Made by a program: the position numbers and the translations under genes. A stretch of DNA of 32,000 nt from Moraxella nasovis (GTDB lineage: Bacteria; Pseudomonadota; Gammaproteobacteria; Pseudomonadales; Moraxellaceae). This document shows positions 25,324 through 32,000 of this stretch, in pieces; position 1 is the stretch's first letter; the number at the start of each line of letters is the position of its first letter. A model generated the notes under the pieces. It had not been told where the DNA came from, made no database searches, and saw only the letters and a list, made by a program, of their open reading frames with translations. Location: contig NZ_CP089976.1 of assembly GCF_022701215.1 (NCBI RefSeq), forward strand, positions 1,740,001-1,772,000, given 5' to 3'.

Positions 25324-27225
25324 TTAAAAATTTTCATTTAAGGGTGTCTGCAATCGTGGACGCTTTGGCGAAAGGCTATCTAACAGCGTCTCACTAACAG
25401 GAATAAAAGACCCGCAAATATATGAAGCTAAAATCTGAGCACATAGTGGGGCAAAGCTAAACCCTTTAGAACCCATACCATACATGGCGTATAAGTCATC
25501 TGCTACCTGACCGACAATCGGATGATAATCAGGTGTCTGAGCACGGATACTAGCTCTGCCAGAAAGTGTGCTTGGTGTGATGTCTAGTTTATCGGCTAGG
25601 CTTGGTAGAGCTTGGGCTAGCTTATCTAGGTTAAATGTATGCTCATCATCAGTTACTGTCGTGTCTGTGCAATTTCTAACAAAACTTGCCCCCATTAAGA
25701 GATGAGATTCATCTTCTAAGTCAAAAGCTGCACAATAGCCATCGTATTTAATGGGCGTGCGTGGTAGTAGCTGTGCGTGATTATCATCATGTGATAGCTT
25801 TAGCCAAGATACTTGACCACGGATTTTACGGCAATTAAACAGCTCATCACACAGTAGATGGCTCTCAAATCCACTACAAATAACTGCAGCATCCGCTAAG
25901 ATTTCACCAGCATCTGTTATTAAATGCACGTCACTACCATGGCGTATTTGCTTTATATCTGCTTTGATAAACTTAATCAAAGGGTCTGTTAGTACAGCAT
26001 TCATAAATGCGCGCGGACTGACTAAGCCAGCCTTTGGGATAGCTGCATTGATTTGATGTTCCAAAAAGGTCTTATCTTTTATCTCATAGATAAGCTCATC
26101 AGGATAAGGACTAATAAGAGACCGTAGTTTTTCGGTGCTTTTTTTAGTCGGCATTAGAAAATCAATCACGCCAGTATTATTAAAAACCGTCTGGTCGGTA
26201 TTATTAAACTGCCTATAAAACCGTTCGGCATATAAAAACCCAACAGTTGGCAAATGGTCTTTAGCTTTTTCAATTAGAGTAAGCTTGGGAGCAAGTAAGG
26301 CTCTTGGATTGCCAGAAGCTCCAGCAAGGGGTGATTGCTTATCAATTAAACTTACTTGAATGCCGCGTAAGGCTAAGCTATGAGTCAAACACAATCCGCT
26401 AATGCCTGCACCGATGATAGCGACGTGTTTAGGTTTGTCAAGTTTGTTAAGTGCTTGATGGGGCTTAGTGATATGAGCTGTGAGCATTTCACGCTTATGC
26501 CCAAATCCTTTAACTTTTGTGACTAAAAAGCCGACATCAACCAAGGCTCGACGCACAAAACCTGCTGCAGTAAAAGTGGCAAGACTTGCTCCATCGGCAG
26601 ACAGCTTGGCAATGGTGTCAAACAGTGCAGGTGACCACAGTTCGCTATTTTTGCTTGGTGAAAAGCCGTCTAAGAACCAAGCGTGAACACCCGCTCCTTT
26701 AGGCTTGGTTTTTAGTAGTGTATCAAAGCTTGCCTTGGCATCGCCAAACCATAAATCTAAGGTGATGTCATCATCAATCGTAAGTCTGTGGCAGCCTGCT
26801 AGTAATGGCGGGTATTGACATAGCAAGCTATTAATATAAAACGATAATCCATCATTATCTTGCCAAGCGTTTAGGGCTAAAGTCAGATTCTCTTTGGTGA
26901 GTGGGAATTTTTCGGTGCTGATGAAATGCAAGCGGGCGTGGTTGGCAAGTTTACCTTGCTGCTTAAGCTGCCCCCAAAGCTGACATAAAGCCAAAAAATT
27001 CAACCCTGTGCCAAACCCTGTCTCTGCTACACAAAATTCATCGTATTCACTAAGCTTGCCTAAGCGATGTGATAAATCGTTGCCTTGTAAGAACACATAA
27101 CGGCTTTCATCAAGCCCACCCGCCTTTGAGAAATATACATCATCAAATGCTGTGGAGACAGGCACGGTATTACCCAAATGGTCAGTCCGCCATTGGATAG
27201 TGGCAACGCTTAGTGTGTCAGTCAT
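25324..27225 (-). CDS. mnmC: Bifunctional tRNA mnm5s2U34 biosynthesis protein MnmC (methyltransferase + FAD oxidoreductase)
   Basis: IQWRTDHLGNTVPVSTAFDDVYFS, ETGFGTGLNF (SAM site), VAIIGAGISGLC (FAD site). I chose the ATG at 27225 (MTDTLSV) over the 27-codon upstream extension of the ORF track. It overlaps the yciI stop by 8 nt. Confidence 0.9.
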   Translation of the reverse strand: MTDTLSVATIQWRTDHLGNTVPVSTAFDDVYFSKAGGLDESRYVFLQGNDLSHRLGKLSEYDEFCVAETGFGTGLNFLALCQLWGQLKQQGKLANHARLHFISTEKFPLTKENLTLALNAWQDNDGLSFYINSLLCQYPPLLAGCHRLTIDDDITLDLWFGDAKASFDTLLKTKPKGAGVHAWFLDGFSPSKNSELWSPALFDTIAKLSADGASLATFTAAGFVRRALVDVGFLVTKVKGFGHKREMLTAHITKPHQALNKLDKPKHVAIIGAGISGLCLTHSLALRGIQVSLIDKQSPLAGASGNPRALLAPKLTLIEKAKDHLPTVGFLYAERFYRQFNNTDQTVFNNTGVIDFLMPTKKSTEKLRSLISPYPDELIYEIKDKTFLEHQINAAIPKAGLVSPRAFMNAVLTDPLIKFIKADIKQIRHGSDVHLITDAGEILADAAVICSGFESHLLCDELFNCRKIRGQVSWLKLSHDDNHAQLLPRTPIKYDGYCAAFDLEDESHLLMGASFVRNCTDTTVTDDEHTFNLDKLAQALPSLADKLDITPSTLSGRASIRAQTPDYHPIVGQVADDLYAMYGMGSKGFSFAPLCAQILASYICGSFIPVSETLLDSLSPKRPRLQTPLNENF

Positions 27226-27523
27226 TGTCGTTTTTGGGTAGGGCTTGGATAAAGGGCTTGATGTCCACATGGCTATATACACCACCATGCAGATAAGGCT
27301 CGTCATCTACCCAAGCTCGTGCCTGTTCAAGATCATCAAAATGAGCAATAATCAGGCTACCGCTCATGGCAGGCTCGCCGTGATTGATGGGTGTCGGACC
27401 TGCGATGACAAGGCGATTTTGGGCGTGTAGGGCGGTTAGTCGTGCCAAATGAGCAGGTCTTAGCTCACTACGTTTGGCGGTGCTGTCAGCTGTGTCATGT
27501 CCGATGATGGCAAATAAGGGCAT
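27218..27523 (-). CDS. yciI: YciI family protein
   Basis: MPLFAIIGHDTADSTAKRSELRPAHLARLTALHAQNRLVIAGP...DDEPYLHGGVYSHVDIKPF parallels E. coli YciI along its full length. AAGGAA Shine-Dalgarno present. Confidence 0.88.
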   Translation of the reverse strand: MPLFAIIGHDTADSTAKRSELRPAHLARLTALHAQNRLVIAGPTPINHGEPAMSGSLIIAHFDDLEQARAWVDDEPYLHGGVYSHVDIKPFIQALPKNDND

Positions 27524-27653
27524 AATATTTCCTTGTTATCTTTGATGTGGGGCGATTATTGGCATGAAACTTGTTTGTCTTGTATTTAACCCCATTTTTC
27601 GCATTTTTCATTGCAAATACAAAAGGTAGGTACACTCCAAAAGTTTCAATCCG

Positions 27654-28280
27654 TTATTTTTTAATGGCGGTTTCATCTAATTTAAAATGCTTACGCAATA
27701 CCACAAACATACCTGCCATAAATGTCATCATGACAATCACATCGCCAAAGGCGGCAAAGTCGCCCCAGTATTCACCCCCCATGAACACAAAGGCAAAAAA
27801 GCCGTGCAATCCTGCCATGACGATAAATAGCCCAGCCCAAGCTAAGTTTAATTTTACCCAGCCTTGACTGTTTAAATTTAAGATGGGGTCAAATAGTTTT
27901 TTTACCACAGGCTTGCGGTCTTTGGTAAAAATGGGCGAGATGGCAATCCCCAGACCAAAAGCAAGGTTGATGAGTACTGCTTTTAGGCGGATATAGTAGT
28001 CGTCTGATAGGGCAAGGGTTAGACCGCCAAAGACAATCGTCATGGCAAGTACGAACCATTGCTGTTTTTCTAGGCGAAATTTTTGACTGACAAACAAATA
28101 ACCATAAACAAGTATGGTAGCAAGCACCAAACCTAAGGTTCCAACCAAGATGTGATTATTATCTACGCCCCCTGTTAGCCCAAATATGGTCAAAAGGGGG
28201 TGGTCTGCATCTGTTTTGTCTGTTTTTTTGTATAAGACATAAAAAACGATGAGTGGGATAAAATCAAGTAAGGATTTCAT
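27654..28280 (-). CDS. yciB: Intracellular septation protein A (YciB/IspZ)
   Basis: MKSLLDFIPLIVFYVLYK..., FGGLTLAL, W.KLNLAWAGLF. Five-helix inner-membrane protein pattern of YciB. Confidence 0.88.
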   Translation of the reverse strand: MKSLLDFIPLIVFYVLYKKTDKTDADHPLLTIFGLTGGVDNNHILVGTLGLVLATILVYGYLFVSQKFRLEKQQWFVLAMTIVFGGLTLALSDDYYIRLKAVLINLAFGLGIAISPIFTKDRKPVVKKLFDPILNLNSQGWVKLNLAWAGLFIVMAGLHGFFAFVFMGGEYWGDFAAFGDVIVMMTFMAGMFVVLRKHFKLDETAIKK

Positions 28281-28411
28281 GGGGTATTTTTTGCGTGAAA
28301 TAAAGGAGGTATTTTACATGGTTTTGGGGGAAAAATCAGCTTTTTGTTGGGGTTATTGTTAAATTTAATGAGCCACAGCACATTCATCATTCATCAAAAA
28401 GCACACATAAA

Positions 28412-29095
28412 TCACCATTGGCATACAACAGCCTTATTTATGGTATTGCCAGCCATGATGACAATTGTAACAACCAAAGCATAAGTTGTGATAAAGGCGA
28501 TGCGATGAGAGAAGAACCAACCAAAATTTTTGGGTGTTGTTGATGATTGTTCTTTTGGTACTTTGGTGGTATTGATTGATTCGTATTTTTTAAATCTTAT
28601 CAATAAAAATTAGAAGCAATCAATATCAATAAAGAGAGCAAAACAAGATAATTAACTTGCAATAACGCAAATAAAGACGCAATGATGACACTAACTAAAA
28701 TCGCCCCAATTTTATCAGCAACCATCAATACTGAATTGAGTCTTGTAAATTGATTGTCGTAGTTTTTGATTGAGATGGCTTGTGCAACCGCACTTCTGGC
28801 GGAGTAAAAGATAGAAAAATATACGCTAACCAGTAAGGATAACAAAACATAAAATAAGCTATTTTGTTTGTGTGATTAAGGCAAAGATAATCACAAAACA
28901 CATCAAGCTATTTGCCAGTACAACAGAACGTATCCTTGAATGCTTATCTAATATGACACCTATTTTCTTACTGACAACGGCATTTAAGAACAAAGAAGCC
29001 AAAGTAATCATCGTAACATATTCAATACCAAGTTTTTCGTATAACACCCAAATAGACATTGCTTGCACAAGCATAATGGCAATATCAGCTCTGCC
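28412..29095 (-). pseudogene. Remnant of an MFS (EntS/MFS_3-like) transporter: 5'- and 3'-truncated with two frameshifts
   Basis: Three consecutive minus-strand fragments (29074-28859, 28845-28600, 28603-28412) lie in different frames, and the open frames overlap at 28859-28875 and 28600-28610. GVILDKHSRIRS fits the MFS loop 2-3 motif G-x-x-x-D-[RK]-x-x-R. An in-frame TAA at 29096-29098 removes TM1 and the start. Only about 228 codons remain, against about 400 expected. The region is visibly AT-rich. Confidence 0.55.
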
Positions 29096-29115
29096 TTAAT
29101 GGCAGTATCCCAAAT

Positions 29116-29146
29116 AAATAAGCCCAACATGATATTGGGCTTATTT
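29116..29146. terminator. Terminator after lon (palindromic, usable in both directions)
   Basis: AAATAAGCCCAA (29116-29127), loop CATGATA, TTGGGCTTATTT (29135-29146). Confidence 0.75.
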
Positions 29147-29164
29147 ACGTTCAAATCCATCTAA

Positions 29165-31573
29165 TCAACTTCTGAGTACTTGCTCGCCTGTCTTGACGAC
29201 CATACTTGGCTTTAAGGGCATCAAGGGTTTGGTCAAGGCGACACTCAGTACTTCATCTATGGTCTCAACTGCTTGAATGATAAGACCTTCTTTGACATTG
29301 TCAGGAATATCTGCCAAATCTCGTTCGTTGGATTTGGGGATTAGAACCTGCTTGATACCGCCACGATGGGCAGCAAGAAGCTTTTCTTTGAGTCCGCCGA
29401 TACGCAAGACTTTGCCACGAAGTGTTACTTCGCCTGTCATGGCGATGTCAGGTCGAATCGCAATGCCTGTAAAGGCTGAAGTAATTGCAGTCGTTAGGGC
29501 GATACCTGCTGAAGGTCCGTCTTTGGGAGTTGCACCTTCTGGCATATGAACATGAATGTCGGTATTTTTAAATTTCTCATAATCAATACCAAGACGTTCG
29601 CCATTAGCACGCACCACGCTCATGGCAGCACGGATAGACTCTTTCATGACATCGCCAAGCGACCCTGTAAAGACAAGCTCGCCCTTGCCTGTCATAGTGG
29701 CAGTCTCAATGGTGAGTAGTTCGCCGCCCACAGAAGTCCATGCCAGCCCTGTGATTCGCCCAATTTCTGGCTCTTTTTCGGCTAAGCCATAATCAAATGG
29801 CTTGACGCCAAGATAGTCACTAATGTTGCTATCGTCAATAGTAACGCCGTTAATTTTGGTTGATTTTTTTGGCTTAATGCCATAAGTTTCAATTTGATGG
29901 CGTACCGTTTTACGGCTGATTTTATTAATCTCACGTTCTAAATTTCGCACACCAGCTTCTCGTGTATAATGGCGAATGATGCTCATCACTGCATCGTCTG
30001 TGATATCAAGCTCGTTTTCTTTTAGACCGTTTTGCTCTAGGGCTTTTGGTATTAAGTAGTTTTGAGCAATGCTCATTTTCTCATCTTCGGTATAGCCAGG
30101 CAAGCGTATCACTTCCATACGATCTAGTAAGGCTTGTGGAATATCCATGCTGTTTGCTGTACAGATGAACATAACTTGGGAAAGATCCAAATCTAAATCC
30201 AAATAATGGTCGTTAAAGGCTTTATTTTGAGATGGGTCTAACACTTCAAGCAAGGCAGATGCTGGATCGCCACGAGAGTCTTGTGCCATTTTGTCAATTT
30301 CATCAAGCAAGAACAATGGGTTTTTCACTTCAGTTTTGGCCAAAGACTGCACGATTTTACCGGGCATAGCACCAATATAGGTACGGCGATGTCCACGGAT
30401 TTCAGCTTCATCACGCACGCCACCCAACGCCATACGCACAAATTTACGTCCTGTGGCACGAGCAATACTCTCGCCTAGTGATGTTTTACCGACACCTGGC
30501 GGACCTACTAGACATAAAATCGAACCTTTAAGTTGTTTGACTCGACTTTGGACTGCTAGATATTCTAAGATGCGATCTTTAACATCATCTAGCCCATAAT
30601 GGTCTTTATTTAATGTGTCTTTTGCCTTGTCTAGGTCGATACTGATTTTACTGGCTTTATTCCAAGGGGTGTCTAAAATCCACTCAATGTAGCCACGCAC
30701 CACAGAAGCTTCTGATGAAGATGAAGGCATCATTTTTAACTTTTTAAATTCACTCTCGGCTTTTTTGCGAACATCTTTAGGTAGATCAGCTTCTTTTAGG
30801 CGTTTTTCTAGTTCATCATCGTCATCATCACTTTCACCATTTAGGGTGTAAAGCTCATCTTTGATGACTTTCATTTTTTCGTTTAAGAAGTACTCACGCT
30901 GATTGCTTTCCATGCGTTTACGCACGCTGTCTTGAAGTTCTTTTTCAAACCCACGTTCAGACTTAGCCTTAGTGAAGTAGCTAATAAGAAGGTCGCAGTA
31001 GCCACCGACATCATCATTACTTAAGATTAACTGCTTATCATCTAGGCTGATGGAAGTACGCATGGCGATAAAATAGATAAGCTCTGATAGGTCGGTGATT
31101 TTATGAGCGACACGCAATAAATCTTTGGCGTTCTTAAGGTGGGCTTGGGCATAATCTGTAAATAAGTCAAGCAACACTTCACGATGAGCTTCGATTTCAT
31201 CTTCACTCATGTCGTTCTTGACAGGGCTTGGTTTGGCGATTGCTGTTATAAACGACTCGCTTAATACGTCGTCAATCTTAGTGCGTTCTAAGCCTTCGAT
31301 TAAGACTTTTAGGCAGTTGCTGTCAGCATCATGTGGCATGGTGCTGATGATACGGCAAATCGTACCGACATCATGTAGATTATCAGTATCAATCTCTTCG
31401 CTTAACGAGTCTTTTTGGGAGACGATGATAATTTTGCCATCGTGCTTATCTTGAGCAGCTTCAATTGCCCAAAGCGATTGCGGGCGTGCGACGAATAAAG
31501 CGATTTGTGTTTTTGGATAAACCACGACATCACGCACAGCAAGTAGCGGCAGTCTTTTATTATTATCGGTCAT
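29165..31573 (-). CDS. lon: ATP-dependent Lon protease
   Basis: LPLLAVRDVVVYP (LON N-domain), Walker A GPPGVGKTS, LLDEIDK, catalytic PKDGPSAG and GGLKEKLLAAHRGG. ATG at 31573 is preferred (AGGA sits 6 nt upstream); the ATG at 31579 is an alternative. Confidence 0.96.
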   Translation of the reverse strand: MTDNNKRLPLLAVRDVVVYPKTQIALFVARPQSLWAIEAAQDKHDGKIIIVSQKDSLSEEIDTDNLHDVGTICRIISTMPHDADSNCLKVLIEGLERTKIDDVLSESFITAIAKPSPVKNDMSEDEIEAHREVLLDLFTDYAQAHLKNAKDLLRVAHKITDLSELIYFIAMRTSISLDDKQLILSNDDVGGYCDLLISYFTKAKSERGFEKELQDSVRKRMESNQREYFLNEKMKVIKDELYTLNGESDDDDDELEKRLKEADLPKDVRKKAESEFKKLKMMPSSSSEASVVRGYIEWILDTPWNKASKISIDLDKAKDTLNKDHYGLDDVKDRILEYLAVQSRVKQLKGSILCLVGPPGVGKTSLGESIARATGRKFVRMALGGVRDEAEIRGHRRTYIGAMPGKIVQSLAKTEVKNPLFLLDEIDKMAQDSRGDPASALLEVLDPSQNKAFNDHYLDLDLDLSQVMFICTANSMDIPQALLDRMEVIRLPGYTEDEKMSIAQNYLIPKALEQNGLKENELDITDDAVMSIIRHYTREAGVRNLEREINKISRKTVRHQIETYGIKPKKSTKINGVTIDDSNISDYLGVKPFDYGLAEKEPEIGRITGLAWTSVGGELLTIETATMTGKGELVFTGSLGDVMKESIRAAMSVVRANGERLGIDYEKFKNTDIHVHMPEGATPKDGPSAGIALTTAITSAFTGIAIRPDIAMTGEVTLRGKVLRIGGLKEKLLAAHRGGIKQVLIPKSNERDLADIPDNVKEGLIIQAVETIDEVLSVALTKPLMPLKPSMVVKTGEQVLRS

Positions 31574-31608
31574 AAACATTCCTAATCTTATGAAATCAGT
31601 TCAAAAGT

Positions 31609-31638
31609 TTATGGTGCTTTTTACTCAAAATACAAGCC
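31609..31638 (-). promoter_or_regulatory. Candidate sigma-32 (heat-shock) promoter for lon
   Basis: On the minus strand: GGCTTGTAT, 13 nt, CACCATAA, compared with the consensus CTTGAAA-N13-15-CCCCATnT. It lies about 35 nt upstream of the lon start. Confidence 0.4.
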
Positions 31639-31659
31639 ATTGCATTAAAAATATTACAG

Positions 31660-31696
31660 CCTAAATAAAAACAGCCGTGCTAGACGACCGTTTTTT
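31660..31696 (-). terminator. Weak terminator-like hairpin after the outer-membrane factor gene
   Basis: On the minus strand: AAAAAACGGTCGTCTAGCACGGCTGTTTTTATTT. A short imperfect stem (about 5-6 bp with G:U) is followed by a T-run. Confidence 0.3.
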
Positions 31697-31714
31697 AGGT
31701 TTTTGTAAAGGTGA

Positions 31715-32000
31715 TTATTGCACCAATGTAGAGCCGCCGCCCAATGCTCGATACAGACGAATCTGACTGATGGATTTTTGCTCTTCTAGTTGTAACAGCT
31801 GCTGCTGATTGGTGAATAAGGAGCGTTCGGCATCTAGGACGTTTAGGTAATTATCCACGCCTGCACGAAAGCGAGCATAAGCAATCAGATGAGTCTGTTG
31901 TAAATTAGATTGTAGTTTGTAGCCTGATTTTAGCTGATCTTCAATCGTGGCACGACTTGCCAAGACATCTGATACTTCTTTAAAAGCTGTTTGGATAGAT
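31715..32000 (-). CDS. RND/efflux outer-membrane factor (NodT/OprM/TolC family), C-terminal part; 5' end outside the window
   Basis: The frame is open to the window edge. IQTAFKEVSDVLASRATIEDQL...YLNVLDAERSLFTNQQQLLQLE...LYRALGGG is the typical C-terminal repeat of OprM-like channels. Confidence 0.85.
   Translation of the reverse strand, partial: SIQTAFKEVSDVLASRATIEDQLKSGYKLQSNLQQTHLIAYARFRAGVDNYLNVLDAERSLFTNQQQLLQLEEQKSISQIRLYRALGGGSTLVQ

Noticed and set aside
25302-25325. AATGCAA ... TTGCATT hairpin between ctpA and mnmC, considered as a terminator.
   Set aside because: It has a 7-bp AT-rich stem with a 10-nt loop and no clean U-tract on either strand. That is too weak to call, and the real 3' ends are unknown.
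27571-27867. 98-aa plus-strand ORF antisense to the 3' part of yciB.
   Set aside because: It is a shadow of a confidently identified gene, and nothing else supports it.
1-32000. A scan for tRNA/rRNA signatures, CRISPR-like spaced repeats, IS or transposase or integrase ORFs, long inverted terminal repeats, and defence or toxin-antitoxin gene pairs.
   Set aside because: I could not support any of them. All ORFs of 60 aa or more are either assignable housekeeping or hut genes, the MFS remnant, or shadow ORFs. No repeat longer than about 24 bp was noticed by eye, but a computational repeat search was not possible.

Overview
The window looks like ordinary core chromosome of a roughly 40-45% GC gammaproteobacterium. 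Gene content and order suggest Moraxellaceae (Moraxella/Psychrobacter-like), but that is inference only. All calls come from reading the supplied translations and the DNA by eye; no database search or computation was run. I support about 27 intact CDS: rpsA (3' part), ihfB, lapA-like, pyrF, queA, nnrS, apbC/mrp, dcd, ppk2, a long acyl-CoA dehydrogenase, a two-repeat DUF1543 protein, truD, a VanY/M15B peptidase, gpmI, an S41 protease, mnmC, yciI, yciB, lon and the 3' end of a NodT/OprM-type outer-membrane factor. There is also a complete histidine-utilisation locus: hutC divergent from hutU, a YjiH-like transporter, hutH, hutG, a CPCC mini-protein, hutI and an Sfp-type PPTase. Between yciB and lon sits an AT-rich, frameshifted and truncated MFS transporter remnant. 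I found no tRNA, rRNA, CRISPR array, IS or transposase, integrase, or recognisable defence or toxin-antitoxin module. I do not see a convincing new multi-gene system. The best leads are the atypical passengers packed into the hut operon (the CPCC zinc-ribbon-like protein, the translationally coupled PPTase and the Gate/YjiH-family transporter) and the RNA hairpins around them. Secondary leads are the uncharacterised DUF1543 gene upstream of truD, direct repeats in front of nnrS, an orphan hairpin in a 369-bp intergenic region, and a 14-codon Cys-containing mini-ORF with a consensus Shine-Dalgarno next to the MFS wreck. All are modest-interest hypotheses.
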